A DNA stretch of 64,000 nt from an uncultured Gemmatimonadaceae bacterium (GCA_963817955.1 CAWFQK010000001.1:128001-192000), one strand, 5' to 3'. Shown: positions 1-10,082, counted from the first letter of the stretch. Program-made: numbers and translations. The notes: a model not told the origin generated them from the letters alone.

Positions 1-361
1 GGCGCTCGAAGATCTCTTTGAGCGGCCAATCGATCGCCGTATTGGTTAGGGCCGCGAGGCGTTGAAACTCATCGAGGGCGAGTCCGAGTGTGAGGTCGCG
101 TTCGGTGAGTTCCTGCTCCACCGCGTCGAGCACTTCGGTGAAGAAGCGAAGATCCTCGGCCGGGGTCCCGGTCGGTCGTACCGCGATGCCGAAGGAAGCG
201 TTCCCAGTCGCGTCGAGGTTGGGGGTCAGGGTGACGGCCCCGCGAAGTCGTCCAGCGATTCGCGCGAGGGCGTCGCGCCAGCGGCCACCGATCTCCTTGT
301 GGACGGCAGCCAGGAGGCGTTGCGATGCGGCGGAACCCGATGTGGCCGCCTTTGCAGCCAT
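1..361 (-). CDS. Partial AAA-type ATP-binding protein (runs off the window; no Walker A upstream of Walker B)
   Basis: Own translation: MAAKAATSGSAASQRLLAAVHKEIGGRWRD...LTLGLALDEFQRL...; hhhhDE Walker B; GAGGT RBS before the ATG; in-frame TGA at 374-376 upstream. Confidence 0.55.
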   Translation of the reverse strand, partial: MAAKAATSGSAASQRLLAAVHKEIGGRWRDALARIAGRLRGAVTLTPNLDATGNASFGIAVRPTGTPAEDLRFFTEVLDAVEQELTERDLTLGLALDEFQRLAALTNTAIDWPLKEIFER

Positions 362-540
362 GGTTACCTCGGTTCATAAATCGTGGTCCCGAAATATGGG
401 ACTAGCGCGGGCGACCCGTAGGAGTCGGTTCCATATTCTGGGACCCACATCTTGGGACCGGCCGCTGCGGTGGAACTCACGGAGTTTATTGCCCACCGAC
501 CACGTGAGCGACACGACGACATCAGTCCCGCGCGCCCCGT

Positions 541-580
541 TCGGGCCGCCAGTCATCGGGCCGCCAGTCATCGGGCCGCC
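541..580. repeat. Short tandem repeat, 15-bp unit TCGGGCCGCCAGTCA, ~2.7 copies
   Basis: Read directly from the sequence. Confidence 0.85.
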
Positions 581-982
581 GGCGAGCCTACGGGCACGCA
601 CCTCGTGGGACTACCGCTCCGGTCGCGAGTTCCGCTTCCGCGCTCCGCGGGGAGTTCGGGGCGTTGCGAAGATGGACGTCCGCCTCAACCTCGAGTTGAT
701 GGTCCTTCGCGGCCTCCACCGCGTCTTTCACCTCCGTGAGCTGCTGGGCCAGAGCGTCCTGTTTGTCTCCGCTTGATGGATTGGATTGACACAGCAGCCG
801 CGATCCGGGACAGCCAGTGATAAGCGTTCTCGCACTTTGTGACTTCCGCCTTCGCCTGCTCAGCTGGCTGGGCGGCCGCCCGTCGAAATCGTCGCCCGCG
901 CTTGCGTATCGGCGGAAGTGGTGCAACCCTAGAGCATGTGCCGCTTCGACGCGGTGCGACAATCACGAAGGCAGGAGGCAGA

Positions 983-1225
983 ATGCGGAGCGGATCACTC
1001 GCGTTTGCTGCGTTCATGGCGGGACCCACGGGGCGGCTGCTCCGCATTATCATCGGCATCGCGCTCATCGCGTGGGGCTGGTCGATGCGTTCACAGACGA
1101 TGGGCATCGCGCTGATCGTCGTCGGCTTCGCTCCGCTTCTCGCGGGAATCTTCAACGTGTGCCTCATCGCGCCCCTCATCGGCGCGCCGTTCTCCGGCCG
1201 CCGGGCGCGCACGACGACGCCCTGA
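983..1225 (+). CDS. DUF2892/YgaP-like small membrane protein
   Basis: GGAGG RBS then ATG 983; GRLLRIIIGIALI...GFAPLLAGIFNVCLIAPLIG, two TM helices with a conserved Cys. Confidence 0.8.
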   Translation: MRSGSLAFAAFMAGPTGRLLRIIIGIALIAWGWSMRSQTMGIALIVVGFAPLLAGIFNVCLIAPLIGAPFSGRRARTTTP

Positions 1226-1740
1226 TCGCGGGGAGCGCGCCAGTCGTAGCCGGGCGGCCATCACGCTCGTACCGGGGACCGGACGCTGGACGTCGAACTG
1301 GCCGGCGCCCGCGCGGCGCAGCAGGCCCAGCGCCACCAGGTCCGAAATGGCGCGGGAAAACGTCTCAGGCGCCATACCGAGCGCCTCGGCGACGTCATGG
1401 GAACCCGCAGGCGAGCGTCGCTCGGTGTTCCGTCGTCGGAAAGAGGAGCCCGAGAAACGCCGAGGCAACGCGACTCCGCGCACCCGGCACGGAAACTGTC
1501 TGGATGACGTCGAATGCCTCGCGCAGTCGGCGCCCGAGCAGCGTCACCAGTTGAATGGCGAGCGATGGCTCGGCGGTCAGCAGCCGCTGGAACACACTCC
1601 GTGGCATGATTCCGCTTCCACGGGCTCCGTGGCCTGCGCGTGGGCGGGATACGGACCGCCGTCGAGGAAGGGCAGCAACTGGTGGAGTCCCGTGCCGATG
1701 TCGGGCTCCTCCAGCACATTCTCGCCCGTGGAAGCACCTG
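1226..1740 (-). pseudogene. Crp/Fnr-family regulator, N-terminally truncated and split over three frames
   Basis: Consecutive pieces LPFLDGGPYPAHAQATEP / MPRSVFQRLLTAEPSLAIQLVTLLGRRLR...ARSRVA / SHDVAEALGMAPETFSRAISDL (Crp HTH). Confidence 0.75.
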
Positions 1741-2775
1741 TCACGGGCATGCCGCGGGCGCAGACGGCGTGCACGCGTCGTCGAGCTCCACGATCTCGAT
1801 TTGCAGCGTGGGATGCGTGATCTCGAAACGGTCGTGAAGCCCCTCGGCCGCGGCGGCGAAGAACGCCGGTTCGGGATACCCGCCAGGCATCACGAGATGC
1901 GCGGTGAGCGCCGTGCCCGACGTGCTCGTCGCCCAGACGTGGAGATCATGCAGGGCTTCGACACCCGGCAGCGATCGCAGATACGCGTCCACCTCGTCGA
2001 GCGCGATCTTATCCGGCACGCCGTCCATCATGAGGTGCACCGATTGCCGAAAGAGCGACCACGTGCCCACCACGATGAGCACGGCGATCGCCAGGCTGAT
2101 GATCGGGTCGAGCCATTCCCAGCGGGTGGCAAGGTACACCGCGCCAGCCGCCACGACGCCCAGCGAGACCACGGCGTCCGACATCATGTGCAAAAAGGCG
2201 CCACGAATGTTGAGGTCGCGCTTGCGTCCCGACAGGAACAGCAGCGCCGACGCGCCATTCACGACGACGCCGATCGCGGCGACCACCATGACCGTGGCAC
2301 CGTGGATCGGCTCGGGCGCGCGCAAGCGGTGCACGGCTTCCCACATCAGCGCGCCCATGGCGACGAGCAGCAAGAGACCGTTCCCCAGACTCGCCAGGAT
2401 TGAAGCGCGCTGCCAGCCATAGGTGTGGCGTGCGTTGGGCCGCAAGCCCGCCGCGAGCATGCCGCCCCACGCCAGCACCAGCCCAGCAACATCGGTCAGA
2501 TTGTGCCCGGCCTCGGACAGGAGGGCCAGCGAGTTGGCGCGCCAGCCGAAGACCGCCTCGACGACCACAATGATCACGTTGAGCGCGATCGCCAGGGTGA
2601 ACGCGCGGCCGCGGCCGTTGGACCCGACGTCGTGGGTGTGGGTCACGACGCGCCGCCGCGCAGATGGAATTTCATGATCGGCGCCACGCGCTCGATCCCC
2701 TTGATCATGCAGGCCGAGAGCGCGGCGGGCGGCGACGTCGAACGTCATCTTCGTCGCGACCCGGGCGCCCATCAT
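1741..2775 (-). CDS. Cation diffusion facilitator (CzcD/ZitB-like) transporter
   Basis: SLALLSEAGHNLTD, HTYGWQRASILA, NIRGAFLHMMSD, HDLHVW motifs; ATG 2775 overlaps the upstream stop (ATGA); alternative start GTG 2646. Confidence 0.92.
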   Translation of the reverse strand: MMGARVATKMTFDVAARRALGLHDQGDRARGADHEIPSARRRVVTHTHDVGSNGRGRAFTLAIALNVIIVVVEAVFGWRANSLALLSEAGHNLTDVAGLVLAWGGMLAAGLRPNARHTYGWQRASILASLGNGLLLLVAMGALMWEAVHRLRAPEPIHGATVMVVAAIGVVVNGASALLFLSGRKRDLNIRGAFLHMMSDAVVSLGVVAAGAVYLATRWEWLDPIISLAIAVLIVVGTWSLFRQSVHLMMDGVPDKIALDEVDAYLRSLPGVEALHDLHVWATSTSGTALTAHLVMPGGYPEPAFFAAAAEGLHDRFEITHPTLQIEIVELDDACTPSAPAACP

Positions 2776-3017
2776 GACACCGTCTGCTTCAACCAGCCTT
2801 CCACTTTCGCGCGGCTCGGCACACCGCCGGCATGCACCACCGCGCCGTCGATCACGACGCCCGGCGTCGACAGGATGCCGTACGCCATGATGTCCTTGAT
2901 GTCCTCCACCTTCTCCAGCTCGATGGCGACACCGGTCTCCCGCGCCACCGTTTCGAGCAGCTTGATCGTGTTCCGGCAATTTGCGCAACCGGTCCCGAGC
3001 ACTTTGACATTCGTCAT
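2772..3017 (-). CDS. Small redox-active thioredoxin-like protein (MTH895 type)
   Basis: MTNVKVLGTGCANC...IMAYGILSTPGVVIDG; AGGAG RBS. Confidence 0.92.
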   Translation of the reverse strand: MTNVKVLGTGCANCRNTIKLLETVARETGVAIELEKVEDIKDIMAYGILSTPGVVIDGAVVHAGGVPSRAKVEGWLKQTVS

Positions 3018-3037
3018 GATTATCTCCTGATGCCTGT

Positions 3038-4087
3038 TCACAGCACTGCGTTGAACACGTAGCCGACGACGAGGATGCCCGCGGCGACCACGCCCACGAA
3101 GGTCGCGATCAATCGGATCTTGAGGACCTTGCGCAGGATCACCATCTCCGGAAACGACAACCCGATCACGCTCATCATGAACGCGAGCACCGTCCCGAGC
3201 GCCGCGCCCTTGGCGAGCAGCGCCTGCACGATCGGAATGACGCCGGCCGCGTTGGTGTACATCGGCACGCCGACCAGCACCGCAAGCGGCACCGCCCACC
3301 ACACGTCCCGCCCCATGAACGAGGCCATGAACGATTCGGGCACGTAACCGTGGATCACCGCGCCGATCGCGATGCCGGCAAGGATGTACGGCCAGACTTT
3401 GCCGACGATCTCGCGCACGGCGACGAATCCCGCCGCGACGCGCTCCGACAGCGTCAGACGATCGTGTCCCCCGCCATCGTGCACCGCCACCCGTGGCATG
3501 GCGCGCACCCAGTCTTCGAGCGACGACTCCATCCTGAGCCGCCCAATGACCCACCCGGCCACGATGGCGATCGACAATCCAAGGCCGAGATAGAGCAGCG
3601 CGATCCGCCAGCCGAAGAGCCCGAGCAGCAGCGTCAGCGCCACCTCGTTGACCATCGGCGCCGCGATCAGGAACGAGAACGTGACGCCCAACGGCACGCC
3701 CGCCTGCACGAAGCCAATGAACAGCGGCACCGCCGAGCACGAGCAGAAGGGCGTGACGACGCCCAAGCTCGCCGCCATTACGTTCGCGACGCCCTCCGCG
3801 CGCCCCACGAGCAATGCGCGGGTCCGCTCAGGTGTGAAGTAGGAGTTCACCATGCCCATGACGAACACGATGCCGGTGAGCAGCAGCAGCACCTTGGGCG
3901 TGTCGAAGAAGAAGAACTGGAGCGCGCCGCCGAGGTGACTCCCACGGTCCACGGGCAGTACAGCAACCACGGCCTCGGCGGCCGGCGCGAGCGCGATGTA
4001 CAGGACGACAAAGGCAAGCGCCGCTACGGCGAGAAAGGTTCTCGGATGGTCGCCGGACCAGTCGTGGCGTACCGCGGCCGTCGTCAC
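3038..4087 (-). CDS. DUF318/ArsP-family permease
   Basis: TPFCSCSAVP motif, FLIAAPMVNE, GLSFPEM; ars-type context. Confidence 0.92.
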   Translation of the reverse strand: MTTAAVRHDWSGDHPRTFLAVAALAFVVLYIALAPAAEAVVAVLPVDRGSHLGGALQFFFFDTPKVLLLLTGIVFVMGMVNSYFTPERTRALLVGRAEGVANVMAASLGVVTPFCSCSAVPLFIGFVQAGVPLGVTFSFLIAAPMVNEVALTLLLGLFGWRIALLYLGLGLSIAIVAGWVIGRLRMESSLEDWVRAMPRVAVHDGGGHDRLTLSERVAAGFVAVREIVGKVWPYILAGIAIGAVIHGYVPESFMASFMGRDVWWAVPLAVLVGVPMYTNAAGVIPIVQALLAKGAALGTVLAFMMSVIGLSFPEMVILRKVLKIRLIATFVGVVAAGILVVGYVFNAVL

Positions 4088-4458
4088 GAGACCCTCTGCG
4101 CGATCTGACAGAACGGCTTCTCGGCCAGCCGCCGCTGGTAACGCGCCTCGAGCGCGGCCACGCGGTCGTCGGTGAGAAGAGCGCGCACCGCGTCGAGCAC
4201 GAGCTGCTGCTCAGCGGTGGGTTCCCGCGTCACGCGGTAATGCACCCACAGCCCCTCGCGGCGGTCCTCAACCAGACCGGCGGCAAGGAGGTAGCGCAGG
4301 TGACGCGAGGCCTTCGACTGCGTCACGCCGAGGACCGCCTCTGCATCGCAGACACACAGCTCGCCGTGTCGGAAAAGGAGGGCGAGGATGTCGAGGCGTG
4401 TGTCCTCGGACAGTGCCTTGAAGGTCTGGCTGAGATGTCGCATGGCGGGGTTGCTCAT
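4084..4458 (-). CDS. arsR: ArsR/SmtB family transcriptional regulator
   Basis: FKALSEDTRL, ELCVCD, QSKASRHL, RREGLWVHY; GTGA overlap with the permease. Confidence 0.92.
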   Translation of the reverse strand: MSNPAMRHLSQTFKALSEDTRLDILALLFRHGELCVCDAEAVLGVTQSKASRHLRYLLAAGLVEDRREGLWVHYRVTREPTAEQQLVLDAVRALLTDDRVAALEARYQRRLAEKPFCQIAQRVS

Positions 4459-4470
4459 GCCATGCAATGG

Positions 4471-4486
4471 ACTCGCTTACGCGAGT
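4471..4486. promoter_or_regulatory. Putative ArsR operator palindrome ACTCGC-N4-GCGAGT
   Basis: Inverted repeat immediately upstream of the arsR start. Confidence 0.4.
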
Positions 4487-4889
4487 ACACGATAGCAGTG
4501 GCAAGCCCACGTCATGTCCTGCTTCCGCCGACAGCCAGCGTCAGGCTAGCTTCCCGCCGTGCTGAGGAACTCTACGGCGGGCCGCATGATCCGGCGCGGG
4601 TGGAGGGTCGACGCAGCCGCCCCGGATCGGCGCCCCCAATACGCTAAGTCGGGCCTTCCTTACAGTTCGCGCTCCCGTGGCGAGCGGGATCTCAAAATGG
4701 TTATGGGCCTTCGGCCGCGGGCGCCCGGCGGGGAAAGGTGGACATCGAAGCCGAGGGGGGAAGTGCGAGCGAAGCCAGCGTTCGTCCTCGGTGCCGTCGC
4801 GGTGCGCGGAGCGCCCGCACTTTGAGGTTCACGCAGTACAGGCTCGACGTATGCGCGTCGGGCCGCTTCTACCCTGTTCCACGCCGACA

Positions 4890-5519
4890 ATGACGAGCGA
4901 TCTGGTCCCAATCGCAATCGAGCCTGTTCTTCGCGCCTTGAACGTCGCGGGACTCTCCGTCTTCGCGGTGTCCGGTGCGCTCGCGGCCGCTCGGCAACGG
5001 CTCGACATTATCGCCGCCTGCTTCTTCGCCGTCATCACGGCCGCCGGCGGCGGGACGATGCGGGACGTCCTGATCGGGGCGCCGGTGTTCTGGATGCGAG
5101 AGCCCACGACGCTCGTGATCTGCCTGACCGTGGCGGTCGCCGTGTGGCTGGTGCCAATGCGCTGGTGGCCGACCCGTGCGCTCGACTGGTTCGACGCCGC
5201 CGGCCTGTCCGCCTACGCGGTGTACGGGGCCGGCAAGGCACTGAGCTTCGGCATCGCGCCGCTACCGGCCGCGGCAATGGGGGTCGTGACCGCGTGCATG
5301 GGCGGCGTGGTCCGGGACGTGGTGGCCGGTGTGCCGTCCATCATGTTGCGCAACGAGCTGTACGTCACTGCGGCCCTGCTTGCCGCGGCGCTTTTCGTCG
5401 GCCTGACCTCCGCCGGAGTGCCCGCGCCGGTTGCGTCGCTCGCCGCCGCCGCGATGGGGTTCGCGCTCCGCGGCGCGGCGATCCGCTGGGGGCTGGCACT
5501 GCCCCGCCATCCTGGCTGA
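4890..5519 (+). CDS. Trimeric intracellular cation channel / UPF0126 (YadS-like) membrane protein
   Basis: Duplicated GGGTMRD / GGVVRD motifs, FAVSGALAA, ELYVTAA. Confidence 0.9.
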   Translation: MTSDLVPIAIEPVLRALNVAGLSVFAVSGALAAARQRLDIIAACFFAVITAAGGGTMRDVLIGAPVFWMREPTTLVICLTVAVAVWLVPMRWWPTRALDWFDAAGLSAYAVYGAGKALSFGIAPLPAAAMGVVTACMGGVVRDVVAGVPSIMLRNELYVTAALLAAALFVGLTSAGVPAPVASLAAAAMGFALRGAAIRWGLALPRHPG

Positions 5520-5577
5520 TACCGGCAGTGCTCGATGGTGCTGGGCAACACTGGCGACACACGCGACGCGGACGCGC

Positions 5578-8028
5578 TCACTCGGCGCGCAATGCGCTCG
5601 CCGGATCTGTTCGACTCGCGCGACGCGCCGGCAGGAACGCCGCTAGCACCCCGATCGCGATCAGCAGTGCCGGCGCGCCGAGGAACGCGATGGAGTCGAC
5701 CGCGGTGACGCCGAACAGCAGACTTTCCAGTCCGCGCGATACCAGGGCTGCGAGTCCGAGCCCGAGCACCGCTCCGGTCGTGACGAGCACGACGCCCTCG
5801 CGCATGAGGAGACGCACGACGCCCGACGGCCGCGCGCCGATCGCCAGCCGGATGGCCATCTCGCGCGCGCGCCTCGCGACCGCGTAGCGCACCACACCAT
5901 AGACGCCGATCGTCGCCAGCACGAGCGCCAGCCCCGCGAACAGCGCGAAGGCGACCGCTCCTAACCGCGCCGGAAGCAGCATCACCGCGAGATGCTGCTG
6001 CATCGTCTTTGCTTGAATGATCATGAGCGACGGATCGAACGCACGCAGGCTCGTGACCATGCTCGTCACCGACCGCCCCGCGTTTCCGCGCACATGCGCG
6101 ACGAGCATGAACATCGGCGGCGGATCCTGCGAGAACGCGGTGAACATGAACGGACGCGGCGCCTCGCCCAACGAGCGCACCTTGGTCGTCTTCACGACTC
6201 CGACTATGTGATAGACGTTCGAATCGGTGTGGAACGTGCGCCCAATGGCGTCCTGTCCCGGCCAGAACTTCTGCACCATCGTCTCGTTGACGATCGCCAC
6301 CCGCTCGTGCCCCGGCACATCCGCCGATGTGAACGTACGCCCTCTCACGAGCGTGAGTCCGGCGGCAGAAAAGAATCCGGAGTCGGCGGCTGTGTCGTCG
6401 ATCTCGAAGCCGATGGTTCCCTTCGGCGGCTGAAAGCCGTCGACGTTGACGAGCGTCGTGTTGTTCCCCAACGCGTTGAGGAGCATGTTGCCGATCACGC
6501 CAACGCCAATCACGTCGTTGGAAGCGGCCACGCGGCGCTCGATGTCGGCGACAGCCTGCGCCCGCCGGTCGTCCGGGTAACGGTCGGCGGGAAGCGCCAT
6601 CCATACGAGGCCGGCCGGCGCCGATCCGAACCCGGCATCCACCTTCGACTGCGCGGAAAAGCTCCGAAGGAATAGCGCCGCGGTGATCAGCAGCACCAGT
6701 GACGTCGCCGTCTGAATGACGACGAGCGCGCTCCGCATCGTAAACCGTCGGCCGGGCCGAGCCCCGGCGTTCTCGTTCTTGAGCGTCTCGATCACACCGG
6801 GCTGCGTCGCCTGGAGCGCCGGCACGAGTCCGAACAACACACCGGCAACGACCGACGCCGTGAGGACGAACGCCAACACCCGCATGTCGACGCTCACGTC
6901 GAGGCTGATCGGGAGTGGAATGGGCAGGTCCGCGTGCAGCAGCGCGCTCAACCCGGCGGTCGATATGGCGACGCCGAGTACGCCTCCGGCGATCGCGACG
7001 ATGAGCGACTCGACCAACAGTTGTCGCACGAGTGCGCGCCGGCTCGCGCCGAGGGCGAGACGAATGGCGATCTCACGCCGCCGGTCGCGCGCCTGCGCGA
7101 GCAGGAAGCTCGCCAGATTCGCGCAGGCGATGATCAGCACGAGTGCCACGACCACCATCAGCGCCGTCGCGGCCGGCACCACCACGTCGTCGACGAGCGG
7201 ACTGACCGCGATCTGCGCGAGCGGAATGACCCGCAACACCATGCGCGCCGGCCATTGGTCCGGATGCTCGCGGTGCATATCGCCGACGAACCGATCGACG
7301 ACCGCGCGGGCGCCGGCAAACGTTTGCCCGTCGGCCATTCGGACTTTCACGAAGTATGAATGGTTGCCGCGCTCCGTGAGCTCGTCGCCGGTCGTCGGCT
7401 CGAGTTGATTGGTCATCTGAACCGGCGCGTACAGCGCCGGGGCGAGGCCCGGGAGCAGGCCGTCGATCTGCTTCGGCGCCACGCCAACGACTGTGTAGAC
7501 GCGACCGCTCAACCGCAGCTCGCGACCCACGACGCCGCGGTCGCCGGCGAAGGCGGTTTTCCAATACGTGTAACCCAGCACGACAACGGGATGGCTCCCG
7601 CGCGCCACGTCGTCCTCGCGACCCAGCAGGCGCCCCACGACGGGCTCGAGGCCAATCAACGGGAAGTAGTCGCCGTTCACGAGCTCTCCCGTAAGCGTCT
7701 CGACATGGTCGCCGAGATCGCGCGGAAAGATGCCGAATTTCGACAGGGAGATCTGCGTGAACATGCCGCCGGCTTGCGCGCGCAGGTCCTGGATGTCGGG
7801 ATAGGCCAGCGGCCCCGTAATGCCATGCTCGTTCGCCATGTCCAGTTCGGCGACGCGTTCCGCGTGGACGACGGGCGTTTTGCGCAGGATGATCGCGTTC
7901 ACGAGGCTGAACGCCGCCGTGTTCACACCGATGCCCAGGCCGAGCGACAGAACGGCGATGGTGGTGAATCCGATGCGCGCGCGGGCGCGGCGGAGGGCAT
8001 AGTGGACGTCGCGAAGGAACGAGCTCAT
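5578..8028 (-). CDS. ADOP-family duplicated ABC transporter permease (MacB/FtsX x2)
   Basis: LRDVHYALR, LGLGIGVNTAAFS, LIIACANLA, RRREIAIRLALGA, PARRASRTDP. Confidence 0.93.
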   Translation of the reverse strand: MSSFLRDVHYALRRARARIGFTTIAVLSLGLGIGVNTAAFSLVNAIILRKTPVVHAERVAELDMANEHGITGPLAYPDIQDLRAQAGGMFTQISLSKFGIFPRDLGDHVETLTGELVNGDYFPLIGLEPVVGRLLGREDDVARGSHPVVVLGYTYWKTAFAGDRGVVGRELRLSGRVYTVVGVAPKQIDGLLPGLAPALYAPVQMTNQLEPTTGDELTERGNHSYFVKVRMADGQTFAGARAVVDRFVGDMHREHPDQWPARMVLRVIPLAQIAVSPLVDDVVVPAATALMVVVALVLIIACANLASFLLAQARDRRREIAIRLALGASRRALVRQLLVESLIVAIAGGVLGVAISTAGLSALLHADLPIPLPISLDVSVDMRVLAFVLTASVVAGVLFGLVPALQATQPGVIETLKNENAGARPGRRFTMRSALVVIQTATSLVLLITAALFLRSFSAQSKVDAGFGSAPAGLVWMALPADRYPDDRRAQAVADIERRVAASNDVIGVGVIGNMLLNALGNNTTLVNVDGFQPPKGTIGFEIDDTAADSGFFSAAGLTLVRGRTFTSADVPGHERVAIVNETMVQKFWPGQDAIGRTFHTDSNVYHIVGVVKTTKVRSLGEAPRPFMFTAFSQDPPPMFMLVAHVRGNAGRSVTSMVTSLRAFDPSLMIIQAKTMQQHLAVMLLPARLGAVAFALFAGLALVLATIGVYGVVRYAVARRAREMAIRLAIGARPSGVVRLLMREGVVLVTTGAVLGLGLAALVSRGLESLLFGVTAVDSIAFLGAPALLIAIGVLAAFLPARRASRTDPASALRAE

Positions 8029-8070
8029 CGACGGAGGCTCCGGGAGGGGGCGTGCACGGGGGTGGCGAGA

Positions 8071-8113
8071 GCCGTACGAGTCCAGGGCCCTACGAGTCCA
8101 GGGCCGTACGAGT
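8071..8113. repeat. Short tandem repeat, 16-bp unit GCC(G/C)TACGAGTCCAGG, ~2.7 copies
   Basis: Read directly; lies upstream of the permease start. Confidence 0.85.
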
Positions 8114-8186
8114 GTCAGTGCCGGCACGTTGGATGAGCGCGTGGTGGAAGACCCGCGGTCCGGGGCGACGGGCACCCAAGCGCTCG

Positions 8187-9385
8187 CTATTCCATGCTGC
8201 GCCGATCGGGTGCGACCCAGTCGGGCATCGACCGCTTCATGAACGCGTCGAACATGGGAACGGTGAACGCAGTGTCGCCGTGCTGTGGGCTGTACACCAT
8301 GCCTTTGCGAGTCAGTTCTTGGCGTACGAATCCCACGGACGTCACCTTGACGCCTAGCTTCGCCGCAATGTCGCCGGAACGATGTGGCCCAGGACCGAGT
8401 TCGGCCATGGCGCGCATGTATTCCTTTCCCCTAGGAGTCAGCCGATCCAGCCGAACGCGGAAGAAACCTTCGTCCAACCGATGTAGTGCAGCAGTGGTCG
8501 CGTGTTCGACGTTGGGCAGCGTAATCGGCGATTCGGGGGAAATATCCCACGCGTTGGCCCCCCACTCCTGTAGAAAGTATGGGTAACCCTCGGTACGCTC
8601 GACGATCGCAGCGAGCGCCGCTGGCTCGATGTCGACGCCTTCGCTGCGCAGGGGCTCGCGGATCGCGCGCTCAGCGTCCTGTCGCCCCAGGGATCCGACC
8701 TCCGGGTAGTCAAACAGGCGCTCCGCGTAAGATTTTGCCTCCCCGGCAAGCGCCGCGAGCGATGGCAGGCCTGCGCCGAAGAAGACCAGGGGCAGACGGC
8801 GCTGGCCGATCTTGTGGACCGAGACGATCAATGCAGCCAGATCCTCTGAGGACATGTACTGCACTTCGTCAAGCAATAGCGCGATTGGCGTCTCTGCGGC
8901 GCGGGCTGCTTCGGCAACAAGCAGCATCAAGTCAGGTAGGTCGGTTTCCAGATGCCCAGAGGCAGCGACCCCTGGCTCACCTACGCCTAGCTCAGCGTCT
9001 CCAACCTTTACTTTAAACACGCTAGCGAAGCCCTGAAGGCCCCGGAGTGCCTGAGTCGCTAGGGATCTCGCTTTCTCGACCGTGCTCAAGCGATTGAGCA
9101 GCAGCCTCAGGGGGGGGGGGCCAGCATCTCCGCCAAGCGACGATTCTCGGGCGCCTCGAGCTCAATCGTCCGGTACCCCTCTCCCTCAGCTATCCGGCCA
9201 ATCTCGTTCAGCAGTACGGTCTTACCCACCCCACGCAGACCGAGGAGTCAGATACTCCTCGCCGGTCTCCCGATCTGGATCCGAGCGAGCGCTACCTTTG
9301 CATCCTCTATGATTTGGTCGCGTCCAGCCAGCTCGGGAGGGCGTGTTCCGGCACCCGGCGCAAAGGGGTTTCGCTTGCGATTCAT
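8187..9385 (-). pseudogene. AAA+ ATPase with C-terminal wHTH, disrupted by an in-frame TGA and a G11 frameshift
   Basis: Own translation: MNRKRNPFAPGAGTRPPELAGRD...RSI*LLGLRGVGKT (TGA 9248-9250, then Walker A); G11 at 9110-9120 shifts into the ORF with LLLDEVQ and GYPYFLQ. Confidence 0.88.
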
Positions 9386-9551
9386 GGACGAATTATGCGG
9401 GAATTAGGTCAGTTTAGCAATTATAACCATAATTTCCCGATATGCCCGTGTTCGGCTGAGGACCGGGCGGACAGCGTTCTGGCAAACGGAGGCAACTTAG
9501 GGTGATTTATGGTTTGCTGCCAAAAACCATCCTAAACTCCCGCAAACGCAA

Positions 9552-9700
9552 CTACTTGGGCCCTCCGCCGGAAGGCGTTCTTTCGTCGGTCTTCATGTCC
9601 GGCTCGTGTTCGCCGATGGCGATGTTCTCGACCTCGGGTTCGAGATCGAGAATCTCGAAGAGGCGGTCCGCGGCGACGAGTGCGTCCTGCATCGTGCGCG
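9552..9700 (-). pseudogene. Fragment of an ABC exporter (TMD-NBD linker joined to a mid-NBD piece)
   Basis: MQDALVAADRLFEILDLEPE directly followed by VENIAIGEHEPDMK. Confidence 0.55.
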
Positions 9701-9772
9701 AAGGCGCGAGGCATGAGGCGCAACGCGGCGGTCGTGCTTGAAACCTCGGCGCACGCGGACGTGCGACGCGCG

Positions 9773-9922
9773 TCACTGATCGCGCAATGCGGCTATCGGG
9801 TCGATGGTCGTTGCCCGACGCGCGGGCAGATACGACGCAATCAGCGAGGCAGAAAGTAGGAGCGTCGTCCCCACAATGAAGGCCAACGGATCGTAGCTGC
9901 TCGTCTGGTACACCAGCGAGCC
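9773..9922 (-). pseudogene. C-terminal ~50 codons of an ADOP-type ABC permease
   Basis: SLVYQTSSYDPLAF...ASYLPARRATTIDPIAALRDQ*, paralogous to the end of 5578-8028. Confidence 0.8.
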
Positions 9923-10076
9923 CGGGATAGAGGGTGCCGTAATTGAGCACCAACCGATTGCGACTGGTCTCCTCGATCCGGCGGGCGATGCCATATCCGT
10001 GGAGCGGCCCGAGCACCTGAAGGGTCTTCAGGATCATCAAGGACAGCGTGCCCTGCGGGATGTCCAGCTTGTCCAC
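9920..10076 (-). pseudogene. N-terminal half of a PadR-family regulator
   Basis: MDKLDIPQGTLSLMILKTL...LHGYGIARRIEE...LNYGTLYP, after which similarity stops; AGGAG RBS. Confidence 0.85.
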
Positions 10077-10082
10077 GGTCAG

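Noticed and set aside
588..962. 124-aa minus-strand ORF with a short coiled-coil-like stretch
   Set aside because: No recognisable family or convincing start; at most a fragment.
4725..4790. Cobalamin or glycine riboswitch
   Set aside because: Only short GGGAA/GAAGCCAG similarities; the core motifs are not recognisable.
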